64,000 nt of DNA. Source: Planctomycetota bacterium (GTDB lineage: Bacteria > Planctomycetota > UBA1135 > UBA2386). Where the stretch lies: positions 6,048,001-6,112,000 of the forward strand of contig JBKAGP010000001.1 of the NCBI GenBank assembly GCA_046290465.1. Reading direction: 5' to 3'. Of this stretch, positions 39,057 to 48,317 are shown in pieces. A program made the position numbers and the translations under genes. Under the pieces are notes generated by a model. That model was given only the letters and a program-made list of their open reading frames with translations, ran no database searches and was not told the origin of the DNA. The first letter of the stretch is position 1; the number at the start of each line of letters is the position of its first letter.

Positions 39057-39860
39057 ATGGGTCAACTCGAAAAGTACGGCCTCTATGTGATGTGTCTCGT
39101 GATCTTCCTGATCCTCGGAGTGACCCTCTGGGGTGAGCCGGCCAACGCCAACAAGACGCGGGCCAAGAAGGAAGCGGCGATGCACGCGAGTCTCGGTGAC
39201 AGCACCAACTCGCTGCAGAACGCATCGTTCGATCGCGACCAGAACGGCAGCGGCCCGGCCAGCCGCGGCAGCCAGGGCGTCGCCTCGCTGCTCGGTCCGG
39301 AGGACAACCCGCCGCCGTACCAGCCGGTCGACGACGGCGACCTGCCGAACTCGCGATCGTCCAACGGCGGCGGCGTGATCGGCAGCATGATCGGCGGCCC
39401 GAGCAGCGAGTCGTCGCGCTCGAACGCGCAGCCGGACGTGGAGCAGCCGAAGACCCAGCCGGAACCGGTATCGCAACCGGTTGCCTCGCGCGGCACCTAC
39501 AAGGTGCGCAAGGGCGACTCGTTCGCGCGCATCGCGCGGCGCGAGCTCGGCAGCGAGCGGCACACTGCGCTACTGGCCAGCCTCAACAAGAAGGTCAACC
39601 CGGCGAAGCTGCAGATCGGCCAGACGCTGGTGCTGCCGTCGGCGAGCGAGCTCGGAAAGGACGGCTTCAAGACCGTCAACAAGAGCGTCGCGACCGGCGC
39701 CTACCGCACCTACACGGTCAGCAAGGGCGACACGTTCGACAAGATCGCGCGGGTCGAGCTCGGCTCGATCAAGCGGGTCAAGGAACTGCGCGCGATGAAC
39801 TCGAGCGTCGACCCGCGCAAGCTCCAGATCGGTCAGGTGATCAAGCTGCCGCTGAAGTAG
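39057..39860 (+). CDS. Membrane-anchored protein with two LysM domains
   Basis: N-terminal TM, disordered linker, YKVRKGDSFARIA...LQIGQTLVLP and YTVSKGDTFDKIA...LQIGQVIKLP. Confidence 0.9.
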   Translation: MGQLEKYGLYVMCLVIFLILGVTLWGEPANANKTRAKKEAAMHASLGDSTNSLQNASFDRDQNGSGPASRGSQGVASLLGPEDNPPPYQPVDDGDLPNSRSSNGGGVIGSMIGGPSSESSRSNAQPDVEQPKTQPEPVSQPVASRGTYKVRKGDSFARIARRELGSERHTALLASLNKKVNPAKLQIGQTLVLPSASELGKDGFKTVNKSVATGAYRTYTVSKGDTFDKIARVELGSIKRVKELRAMNSSVDPRKLQIGQVIKLPLK

Positions 39861-41062
39861 TGGGGGCCTCCGCACAAGCCGAGCGCGACCTTCGTCGGGT
39901 CTGTCTGGTGAGCGGTGGGACCGGCGGGCACCTGATGCCCGCGCTCGTCCTGGCCCGTTCGCTGCAGCAGTCCGGCCAGGCGCCGCTGCTGATCACCGAA
40001 GGCCGCGACGTCGAACGCGAACTGGTGCGGCGCGAGCTGCCCGACGTGGCTGCGGTCGAAGTGCCGCGCTCCGGACGTTCGCCGCTGGCGCTACCGTGGT
40101 GGCTCCTGCGGGCGACGTCGAGCGCGCGCGGCCTGCTGCGGCGCCACCAGATCGCCGGCGTGATCAGCACCGGTGGCCGCGCGTCGGTGCCGGTCGCGAT
40201 GGCGGCGAAGAGCCTCTCCCTGCCGGTCTTCCTGCTCGAGCAGAACGCGGTCACCGGGCGGGCCAACCGCTGGCTGATGCCGATCGCCCGCCGCATGTAC
40301 CTCGGGCTGCCCGGCGCCGGCGAGCGCCACCCGGGCGGCCTCTACACCGGCACGCCGCTGCGCCAGGGCTTCGGTCGCGTCGACCGCGGCGAGGCGCGCC
40401 GTTCGCTCGGCCTCGGCAGCGACGCCCCGGTGGTGCTGGTGACCGGCGGCAGCCAGGGCGCGCGCGTGCTCAACGAACTGGTGCCCCAGGCGCTGCAGCA
40501 GGTCCGGCACAAGGTGCAGGTGCTGCACCTGTCGGGTCTCGGCAACGACGCCGCGGTTCGCGATCGCTACGCCGGCGCCGGCCGCGAGACGGTCGCCCAC
40601 GTGCGCGCCGTCGCCGCCGACATGGATCGCCTGTTCGCGGCCGCCGACCTGGTCATCTGCCGCGGCGGCGGCACCACCGTCGCCGAGCTGATGGCGGTCG
40701 GGCGGCCGGCGCTGATCGTGCCGTATCCGCACCACAAGGACCGCCAGCAGTTCCACAACGCGCGAGTGCTCGAACGGGTCGGCGCGGCGACGATCTGCGA
40801 AGAGCACGACTGCGACGTCGCGACGCTGGCCGCGCGCATCGCGGGCCTGCTCGACGAGCCGTCGCGGCTGCGCGCGATGGCGGACCAGGGCCGCAAGCTG
40901 CGTCGGCTCGACGCCGCCGACGCGATCCTCGCCGACGTGCGCGAGGTGATCGGCGAGGCGCAGCGGGGCCGGCGCGGCCTCGTCGACGGCCCGCAGCCAG
41001 CGAGCGACGCGGGCTCGAGGAACGCGCAGGCGTCGCCGCAGCGGCGCGGAGGGGTGGCGTGA
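39860..41062 (+). CDS. murG: Lipid I GlcNAc transferase MurG
   Basis: GGTGGH, LEQN, GGSQGA, TVAEL, PYPH..QFHNA. Confidence 0.93.
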   Translation: MGASAQAERDLRRVCLVSGGTGGHLMPALVLARSLQQSGQAPLLITEGRDVERELVRRELPDVAAVEVPRSGRSPLALPWWLLRATSSARGLLRRHQIAGVISTGGRASVPVAMAAKSLSLPVFLLEQNAVTGRANRWLMPIARRMYLGLPGAGERHPGGLYTGTPLRQGFGRVDRGEARRSLGLGSDAPVVLVTGGSQGARVLNELVPQALQQVRHKVQVLHLSGLGNDAAVRDRYAGAGRETVAHVRAVAADMDRLFAAADLVICRGGGTTVAELMAVGRPALIVPYPHHKDRQQFHNARVLERVGAATICEEHDCDVATLAARIAGLLDEPSRLRAMADQGRKLRRLDAADAILADVREVIGEAQRGRRGLVDGPQPASDAGSRNAQASPQRRGGVA

Positions 41063-42492
41063 CCGCGACCCAGGCTGGCATGCAGGCCGAAGAACCGGTG
41101 CAGGAGGGCATCGCCGGCACGAGCTTCGTCTCGCGTCGCTTCCACTTCGTCGGGGTCGGCGGCGCTGGCATGAGCGGCCTGGCGCGGCTGCTGGCCGGCA
41201 TCGGCGGCAACATCAGCGGCAGCGACGCGACCGGCGGTGCGGTGGTCGACTGCCTGTCCGACGAGGGGCGCGCGGTCTGGACCGGCTGCCAGCCCGATCG
41301 CATCGACGGCGCCGACGGCTACGTGATCCGCAGCGCGGCGGTGCCCGCCAACGACCCCGAAGTGCAGGAGTGCGTGCGTCGCGGCTTCACCTCGCTGCTC
41401 TACGCCGAAGCCGTCGGTCGCCTCAGCGAGGGCCGCCGCACGCTCGCGATCGGGGGCACGCACGGCAAGACCACGACCACCGGGCTGACGGTCGCGGCGC
41501 TGCGCGGCGCCGGCCGTGACCCGTCGCACCTGATCGGCGGCGAGGTCCCCGAGCTCGGCGGCAACGGCCACGGCGGCAAGGGCCAGGGGTTCGTCGTCGA
41601 GGCGTGCGAGTTCAACCGCAGCTTCCACAACCTGCGGCCGTTCGGCGCGGCGATCCTCAACCTCGACCACGACCACTTCGACTGCTACCCGTCGACCGAC
41701 GAGTTGATCGAGGCGTTCGCCGGCTACCTGGCGCGGGTGCGCCCCGGCGGCACCGCGCTGGTCGAGGAGACCGTGCCGAAGGCGGTGCTGTCGAGCCTGC
41801 GCAACGACGTCGAGATCTTGACCGTCGGCAGCGGCCTGTGGGCCGACCTGCGCGCCGTGAACGTGCGCGAACGGCTCGGTCGCTGGTCGTTCGACCCGGT
41901 CCTGCACGGCGAACGGCTGCCGCGCGTCGAGCTGTCGCTCGCCGGCCGGCACAACATGTTCAACGCGATGTTCGCGCTGGGCCTGGCGCACGTCGCCGGC
42001 GCCGACCTCGCCGGCGCCTGCAGCGGCATCTCGGAGTTCGTCGGCGTGCGCCGACGCTTCGAGACCCACCAGGGGCCCGACGGCGGCGTGCTGGTCAACG
42101 ACTACGCGCACCACCCGGCCGAGATCGAGGCGGTGCTGCAGACCGCCCGGCGTCGGTTCCCCGATCGCCGCATCGTGGTGGCGTTCCAGCCGCACCAGTA
42201 CCAACGCACGCTGCTGCTGCTCGACCCGTTCGCCGCGTCGCTGGCCGCCGCCGACGTGACGCTGATCACCGAGATCTACGGCGCCCGCGAGTCGGACGAG
42301 ATCATGGCCTCGGTCAGCGCCGGGGACCTTGTCAACGCGGTGCGCGAGCACGGCGGCGAGGCGCACTACGGCGGCCCGGTCGCGCAGCTGCCCGACGCGA
42401 TCGCCGCCCACCGTCGCGACGGCGACGTCGTGTTCGTGCTCGGCGCCGGCGACATCGACACGGCCGTGGAGGGCATCGTTGGCCGGATCTGA
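41059..42492 (+). CDS. murC: UDP-MurNAc--L-alanine ligase
   Basis: HFVGVGGAGMSG, GTHGKTTT, EACE, DHFDCY, RRFE, DYAHHP, FQPHQY, GAGDI. Confidence 0.95.
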   Translation: MTATQAGMQAEEPVQEGIAGTSFVSRRFHFVGVGGAGMSGLARLLAGIGGNISGSDATGGAVVDCLSDEGRAVWTGCQPDRIDGADGYVIRSAAVPANDPEVQECVRRGFTSLLYAEAVGRLSEGRRTLAIGGTHGKTTTTGLTVAALRGAGRDPSHLIGGEVPELGGNGHGGKGQGFVVEACEFNRSFHNLRPFGAAILNLDHDHFDCYPSTDELIEAFAGYLARVRPGGTALVEETVPKAVLSSLRNDVEILTVGSGLWADLRAVNVRERLGRWSFDPVLHGERLPRVELSLAGRHNMFNAMFALGLAHVAGADLAGACSGISEFVGVRRRFETHQGPDGGVLVNDYAHHPAEIEAVLQTARRRFPDRRIVVAFQPHQYQRTLLLLDPFAASLAAADVTLITEIYGARESDEIMASVSAGDLVNAVREHGGEAHYGGPVAQLPDAIAAHRRDGDVVFVLGAGDIDTAVEGIVGRI

Positions 42493-43381
42493 CCTGGCGG
42501 CTCGGCTCGTCGACCACGCCGCGGTGCGTCGCGACGTCGCGCTGGCGCCGATGATGCACCTGCGCATCGGCGGTCCGGCCGACTGGTTCGTCGAACCGTT
42601 CGACGAGCAGGGCGTGGCCGCGACGGTGCAGGCGTGCCGCGAGCTGGACCTGCCGCTGCGCGTGCTCGGCGGTGGCAGCAACATCGTCGTCGCCGACGCG
42701 GGCGTGCGCGGCGTGGTGCTGCACCTGGCCAACCTCAACCGCATGCAGCGCGAAGACGAACGCGTCACCGTCGGCGCCGGCGTGACGCTGCCGAGCCTGC
42801 TGCGCGCGACCAAGGAGGCCGGCCTCGCCGGCCTCGAGAAGCTGACCGGGATCCCGGCCGAGGTCGGCGGGGCGGTCGCGATGAACGCCGGCACCCGCGA
42901 CGGCGAGACGTTCGAGCATCTGGTGTCGCTGACCGTCGTCGAGGCCGACGGCCGGCTCGGCATCCGCGGCCGCGACGACATGCAGCCGCGCTACCGCAAC
43001 GGCGGACTCGGCGACGCGATCGTCGTGCAGGCGACCTTCGAACTGCAGCCCGACAGCCCCGAGGCGATCTTCGAGCGCTTCTCGGCGTCGCTGCAGAAGC
43101 GCAACCAGAGCCAGCCGGTGACGCAGCGCAGCGTCGGCTGCGTGTTCCAGAACCCCGAGGGCGATGCCGCCGGTCGGCTGATCCAGGAGGCCGGCTGCAA
43201 GGAACTCGCGCGCAACGGCGTGCAGGTCTCCGACAAGCACGCCAACTACTTCGTCAACGACGACACCGGGACCGCCGCGGACTTCGTCGCGCTGATGGAC
43301 GAGGTGCGTTCCCGCGTGCTCGACCGCTTCGGCGTCGAGCTGCACGCGGAGGTCAAGTTCTGGGGTTTCGACGGGCGTTGA
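42479..43381 (+). CDS. murB: UDP-N-acetylenolpyruvoylglucosamine reductase
   Basis: GGAGG before TTG 42479; IGGPAD, GGGSN, GIP..VGGA..MNAG, SVGCVFQNP, KHANYFVN. Confidence 0.94.
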   Translation: MAGSDLAARLVDHAAVRRDVALAPMMHLRIGGPADWFVEPFDEQGVAATVQACRELDLPLRVLGGGSNIVVADAGVRGVVLHLANLNRMQREDERVTVGAGVTLPSLLRATKEAGLAGLEKLTGIPAEVGGAVAMNAGTRDGETFEHLVSLTVVEADGRLGIRGRDDMQPRYRNGGLGDAIVVQATFELQPDSPEAIFERFSASLQKRNQSQPVTQRSVGCVFQNPEGDAAGRLIQEAGCKELARNGVQVSDKHANYFVNDDTGTAADFVALMDEVRSRVLDRFGVELHAEVKFWGFDGR

Positions 43382-43495
43382 GCGGACCGTTCGTCCGGGG
43401 CGCGGGCACGAGTGCCTCGTCCTCGGACGAAGTTGTCGAGGTGAGCGCGGAACGTGCGCGCCTCAGTCGATAGAGTTGGCCCCACGAGGTAGCCA

Positions 43496-43915
43496 ATGAC
43501 CCAAGACGCAGAAGTCACCATCGAGTTCAAGGGCCGTCACGACCACATCACCGAGCGCATGCAGGAGCACGCCACCAAGAAGCTCCAGCGCCTCGGCCGA
43601 TTCGAGGACGCGTTGACGCGTGTCGAGGTCGTAGCGGATCACGCGCACGAGAACCCGGAGATCGAGCTGATCGCGCACCTTCGCAAGGGCGCGCCGATGG
43701 TCGCCAAGGACCGCGGCGAGTCGTTCTCGGGCACGATCGACCTGCTCGTCGACAAGATGGAGGCCCAGCTTCGCAAGTGGAAGGAGAAGCTGACCAACCA
43801 CAAGTTCCCCGACGCGAAGGAGCAGCGCGCGCGCGCCGCCGAGTCGCACGAGCCGCGGCCGGCGACCGACGAGGAGACCTACGAGGACATCGTGCGCAAG
43901 TCGCTCGACGACTAG
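43496..43915 (+). CDS. hpf: Ribosome hibernation factor HPF/RaiA
   Basis: GRH..IT..M..HA.KKL..L, IDLLVDKMEAQLRK.KEK. Confidence 0.85.
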   Translation: MTQDAEVTIEFKGRHDHITERMQEHATKKLQRLGRFEDALTRVEVVADHAHENPEIELIAHLRKGAPMVAKDRGESFSGTIDLLVDKMEAQLRKWKEKLTNHKFPDAKEQRARAAESHEPRPATDEETYEDIVRKSLDD

Positions 43916-44105
43916 GCCTCCCGCCTGCGGGCAGCTCTGCCGCGAGGTGGGGCTGCCGTTCCGCCGGCCTGGCGGCCGCGGCCCTGAACTCCGGCGGCGC
44001 GTCCGGCCGCCGCCCCCGGTGGCAAGGCCGTCTGGGGGCTTCCGGACCCCTCCGGGCACAACGACCGTTGCGTATGCGAGGCGGTTTCCGCACACTCCTC
44101 GCCCC

Positions 44106-44573
44106 ATGATTCGCAAGTTGGTCGAACGCGCAGCCCTGATCGAGGAGATCGAAGCCACTACCAAGGAGGCGGCGCTCAAGGAGATGCTGGCGGCCGCCGA
44201 ACAGGTCGGCGCCTTTCCGGAGGCCGCCCGCAAGGGCCTGCAGAAGCGCCTCTCCGATCGCGAGGCGATCGGTTCGACCGGGCTCGGCAACAGCGTCGCG
44301 GTGCCGCACGTCAAGGGCGACGAGGTCGGGGACATCACGCTGGTGCTGGCGCGCTGCCACCCGGGCCTCGAGTGGCAGGCGATCGACGGTCGCGCCGTGC
44401 ACGTGCTGTTCCTGCTGGTCTCGCCGAGCGGCGAGCCGGAGTCGCACCTGCAGTGCCTGCGCTGGATCGCCGGTCTGGCCCGCAGCGCCGACTTCCGCCG
44501 CTTCCTGCTCGACGCCGAGAGCGGCGACGCGATCCGCGACCTGCTGCTCGAGATGAGCGGGAAGGAGTCGTGA
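44106..44573 (+). CDS. PTS IIA component (PtsN/fructose-type)
   Basis: REAIGSTGLGNSVAVPH phospho-His motif, AIDG, HL..L..IA. Confidence 0.9.
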   Translation: MIRKLVERAALIEEIEATTKEAALKEMLAAAEQVGAFPEAARKGLQKRLSDREAIGSTGLGNSVAVPHVKGDEVGDITLVLARCHPGLEWQAIDGRAVHVLFLLVSPSGEPESHLQCLRWIAGLARSADFRRFLLDAESGDAIRDLLLEMSGKES

Positions 44574-44866
44574 TGAGCGAGGCCGCCGACGACGCGCGCA
44601 AGCTGCGCGTGACCCTGGGCAACAAGCACGGCCTGCACGCGCGGCCGGCGCACCTGTTCGTGCAGACCGCCAACGCCTACGCCAGCCAGCTCAAGGTCGG
44701 CCGCGTCGACGACGACGAGCGCGTCGACGGCAAGTCGATCATGGGCATGATGATGCTCGCCGCCGAGAAGGGCGTGGAGCTCGAGCTCGAGGCCACCGGC
44801 CCGGACGCCGACGCGATGCTGCGGGCGCTGGCCGAGCTGGTCGACGCCAACTTCGGCGAGGAGTAG
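44573..44866 (+). CDS. ptsH: HPr family phosphocarrier protein
   Basis: GLHARPA, DGKSIMGMM (regulatory Ser), G.DA. Confidence 0.92.
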   Translation: MSEAADDARKLRVTLGNKHGLHARPAHLFVQTANAYASQLKVGRVDDDERVDGKSIMGMMMLAAEKGVELELEATGPDADAMLRALAELVDANFGEE

Positions 44867-45085
44867 CGCCGCTTCGGGCCGCGCGCGCGGCCCGGACCCG
44901 GTCGGGGCGATCCGGGGAGGGGGTTCCCGGGGGCCTGCCGATGCCGGCGAACCGGCGGTCGCAGGGCCGTTGTGGCCCGATCATCCGGCGCGTCGGCGGA
45001 ATGCCGGGTCGGGCGGCTCAATTCCGGCCATGGCGCCGGCCGATAGCAGGACGCGAGTGGACAGGTTCCACCACCAAGGAGCGTC

Positions 45086-46108
45086 ATGCTGAAGCAGCGG
45101 AAGAGCATCGTCGGTCTCGACATCGGCACGAGTTGTATCAAGGCCATCGAGCTGACTCGTGAGAAGTACGACCATGTCATCACGGGCTACGCCCAGATCG
45201 ACGTCCATCACGAGGCCTCGCGGCAGGACGCGATCGCCGAGCTGATGGCCGCCGCCAAGTTCCGCACCAAGCGGATCGCGACGGCCGTCAGCGGCAAGAA
45301 CGTGGTGTTCCGGTACATCACGATGCCGGAGATGAACGACGACAAGCTGCTCCAGGCGGTGCGGCTCGAGGCGGACAAGTACATCCCGTTCGACGTCGAG
45401 GACGTCGAGCTCGGCGCCCAGAAGCTCGACATGGCGAGCGAGGACGCGGCCGAGAAGGAGATGAAGGTGCTGCTGGTCGCCGCCAAGAAGGCCGTCGTCA
45501 GCGACCACGGTCGCATGCTCACCGAACTCGGCCTGCAGCCGGTCTCGGTCGGGGTCGACGGCTTCGCGCTCGGCAACGCCTGGGAGCTCGGTGACCTGGT
45601 CAACCCCGGCATCCAGGAGCCGGGTCGCACCGTGGCGCTGGTCGACATCGGCGCGACCAAGTCCAGCATCAACATCCTGCGCGATAACGTCACCTGCTTC
45701 GCGCGGGAGGTGCCGATCGGCGGCCAGGACCTGACCAACGCGATCGCGCGCCGCGTCGGCGTCGAGCCGGCCCAGGCCGAGGAGCTCAAGCGCGACCCGG
45801 GCGACCAGCTCGCGATCATGCAGGAGGCGATCGGGCAGACGCTCGAGGACCTCGGCAACGAGATCAACCTGTCGTTCGACTTCTTCGAGAACCAGTTCGA
45901 CGGCGAGGTGCAGGAGGTCTGGCTGACGGGCGGCACGTCGCTGCTGCCGATGCTCGAGGAGAGCTTCGAGAAGATCTTCGAGAAGCGGACCAAGACCTGG
46001 AACCCCATCGAGGGCCTGAAGGTCAAGTCCGACAACGTCGACGTCGAGGCCCTCAACCAACTCTCGCCGCAGCTCGCCGTCGCCGTCGGGCTCGCCGCCG
46101 CTTCCTAG
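45086..46108 (+). CDS. pilM: Type IV pilus assembly protein PilM
   Basis: VGLDIGTSCIK, YIPF, VLLVAA, VDIGA, IGG.DLT, LTGG, AVGLA. Confidence 0.92.
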   Translation: MLKQRKSIVGLDIGTSCIKAIELTREKYDHVITGYAQIDVHHEASRQDAIAELMAAAKFRTKRIATAVSGKNVVFRYITMPEMNDDKLLQAVRLEADKYIPFDVEDVELGAQKLDMASEDAAEKEMKVLLVAAKKAVVSDHGRMLTELGLQPVSVGVDGFALGNAWELGDLVNPGIQEPGRTVALVDIGATKSSINILRDNVTCFAREVPIGGQDLTNAIARRVGVEPAQAEELKRDPGDQLAIMQEAIGQTLEDLGNEINLSFDFFENQFDGEVQEVWLTGGTSLLPMLEESFEKIFEKRTKTWNPIEGLKVKSDNVDVEALNQLSPQLAVAVGLAAAS

Positions 46109-46120
46109 GAGTAACGAGAC

Positions 46121-46738
46121 ATGATCCGCATCAATCTTCTGCCCGCCGACCTTCGTCGCGGCAACCGTCTGCCGCCGCGCGTGCTCGCGGCCGCGTTCGG
46201 CGCAGCCCTGCTGATCAGCGCCGCGATCGGCTGGTTCGGGCTCGTCTACTTCGGGGACCTGGCCGCTGCCGAGCAGGAGCTCGCCAGCGTCACCGGCCAG
46301 CTCAACAGCCGCACCGGCAAGGTCGCCTACCACGACCAGCTGGTCGCCAACCAGAAGGAGTACACGCTGCGCGTGCAGACGATCCAGGAGATCGGCAACT
46401 CGCGCCGCGTCTGGACCCGCTTCATGGACGACCTGCTGGACGTGGTCAACAACAGCGGCCGCATCGAACGTCACCTGGCGTGGTTCGACGGCATCCAGGT
46501 CAAGGGCGACCCCAAGAAGGGCTCGAGCCTGAAGATGCCCGGCAACGTGCAGGGCGACGAGTCGGACCGCGTCGCGAACTTCCACGAAGACCTCGCGGCG
46601 GCGTCGTTCGCCAGCGAACTCAAGAGCAAGTCGGACCCGGTCTGGCAGCTCGAGACGGACGAGAGCCGGATCCCGGCCGCCTTCCTGCGGTTCCCGATGG
46701 AGCTGCAGTTCCAACCGACCGTCGGCAAGAAGAAGTAG
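46121..46738 (+). CDS. pilN: PilN-like protein
   Basis: N-terminal INLLP PilM-binding motif, TM, coiled coil. Confidence 0.85.
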   Translation: MIRINLLPADLRRGNRLPPRVLAAAFGAALLISAAIGWFGLVYFGDLAAAEQELASVTGQLNSRTGKVAYHDQLVANQKEYTLRVQTIQEIGNSRRVWTRFMDDLLDVVNNSGRIERHLAWFDGIQVKGDPKKGSSLKMPGNVQGDESDRVANFHEDLAAASFASELKSKSDPVWQLETDESRIPAAFLRFPMELQFQPTVGKKK

Positions 46739-46750
46739 GAGCTGCATACC

Positions 46751-48175
46751 ATGTCGAACTGGACCCAGAAGAAGCTGCTGATGACCATCGGTGGCGCCAC
46801 GTTGGTGGTCTGCGGCGCGGCCGCGGGCGGCGTCTACTATGCGCAGGGCCTCATCGAGGAAGTCAACGTGCAGGTCACTGCCAAGAAGGGTGAGGTCGCC
46901 GCCGCCGACGCCAAGATCGCGAAGATCCCGGCCGTCGAGAAGGAGGTCGTCATCCTGCGCGAGAACCTCGACGAGTACGTCAAGATCCTGCCGGACGACG
47001 ACCAGCTCAACGAGTTCGTGCGCATGATCAACCGCTTCGACAACCAGTCGGGCGTGCGCGGCACGGGCCTCAAGAAGAAGAACGCGCGCGGCGGCAAGGG
47101 CAAGGGCCGCTTCTCGCCGATCGAGTACACCTACGAGATGACCGCCACGCTTTGGCAGGGTCTCAAGTTCATGAACCTGATCGAGAACTTCGAGCGGTTC
47201 GTGAGCATCACCGAGTTCAGCATCCAGCCGGGCAAGGGCGACAACGGCAGCCCCGAGCGGATCGGTGGTGAGGTCGTGCACGCGATCAAGGTCACGATGC
47301 AGACCTACCAGTACAACAAGCCCGGCGCCGGCAAGGAAGTCGTCATCCCCAAGTACGACGACAAGAAGGAGGCGCTGCGCGACGAGATCTGGAAGCGCAT
47401 CCAGCTGATCGGCGTCGAGCACTACGAGCTCAAGGGCCAGGACGGTCGTCGTGACATCTTCGTCGACCCGCGCGAGAGCGGCATCAACGGCGGCAACGAC
47501 CCGTCGCTGCAGGAGCAGAAGGAAGCCCTCGAGCGCGGCATCGCCGCGATCGCCGAGCTCAACAAGAACCTGGAGCGGCAGAAGTCCGAGGAGATCACGC
47601 TGTTCGAGCGCTACGGCCTCGAGAAGCGCTTCAAGTCGGACCTGCAGACGGCGCTCGCGAAGATCGAGGTCGACGCCGCGATCATCAAGTACCTGCCGTA
47701 CCGCACCCGCTGGAGCAGCGAGGTCAGCGGCCCGATCGAGCGCATGCAGGCGATGGCCGCCGTCGAGCGCATCGAGCCGGAGAAGGAGGATCCCTGGCTC
47801 GCCAAGGAGGACATCCAGACGCTGATCGCGTTGATGAGCGAGGACTGCAACAACGGCCAGCTCGAGCAGGCGCGCGAGCGCTACGAGGCGGTCAAGGAGC
47901 GGCTCGCGATCCCCGAACAGGACGAACGTCACGACCTGGCGGTGCAGGCCAAGCGCTGGCACATCAAGGCCTCCACGGCGATCGACTTCAAGGGCCTCGA
48001 CCTCAACGTGCAGGGCGTGGTCGTCAACGGCGGCGAAGGCCGCTCGGGCGTGCTGCTCAACGGCGAGGTCTTCGAAGAGGGCGACTACGTGCAGGACGAC
48101 CTGCTGGTCAAGCTGGTCGAGGAAGAGCAGGTCTGGTTCGTGTTCCGCGGGCTGACGCTCGTGCGCACGATGTGA
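46751..48175 (+). CDS. pilO: PilO-like protein with PilP/GspC-like C-terminal extension
   Basis: TM, coiled coil, ILP..., F..LIENFERFVSI; then RRDIFVDP and beta domain LNVQGVV...VLLNGEVFEEGD. Confidence 0.75.
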   Translation: MSNWTQKKLLMTIGGATLVVCGAAAGGVYYAQGLIEEVNVQVTAKKGEVAAADAKIAKIPAVEKEVVILRENLDEYVKILPDDDQLNEFVRMINRFDNQSGVRGTGLKKKNARGGKGKGRFSPIEYTYEMTATLWQGLKFMNLIENFERFVSITEFSIQPGKGDNGSPERIGGEVVHAIKVTMQTYQYNKPGAGKEVVIPKYDDKKEALRDEIWKRIQLIGVEHYELKGQDGRRDIFVDPRESGINGGNDPSLQEQKEALERGIAAIAELNKNLERQKSEEITLFERYGLEKRFKSDLQTALAKIEVDAAIIKYLPYRTRWSSEVSGPIERMQAMAAVERIEPEKEDPWLAKEDIQTLIALMSEDCNNGQLEQARERYEAVKERLAIPEQDERHDLAVQAKRWHIKASTAIDFKGLDLNVQGVVVNGGEGRSGVLLNGEVFEEGDYVQDDLLVKLVEEEQVWFVFRGLTLVRTM

Positions 48176-48317
48176 TCTTCCCGGCGGGTCGGCGCGAGTT
48201 CGCTCAAGCCGACCGCACGGGCGGATCGATGTAGGAGAGACTTCTGGCCGCGTCCCCCCGGGCGCGGTCGAACGGGCGAATCAAAGGCAACCCCATTCCG
48301 GGGTGGGAAGGATCGAG

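Noticed and set aside
45020..45050. Possible sigma54 promoter upstream of pilM (tggcgc...tagc)
   Set aside because: GG-to-GC spacing is 12 rather than the required 10
45086..46108. PilM as the missing ftsA
   Set aside because: Followed by an INLLP-bearing PilN, PilO and a secretin, the standard pilMNO(P)Q arrangement
48280..48315. ggcaaccccattccggggtggga upstream of the secretin resembles part of a c-di-GMP-I riboswitch
   Set aside because: Lacks the GNRA loop, the CGCAAAGC junction and room for the second stem before the start codon
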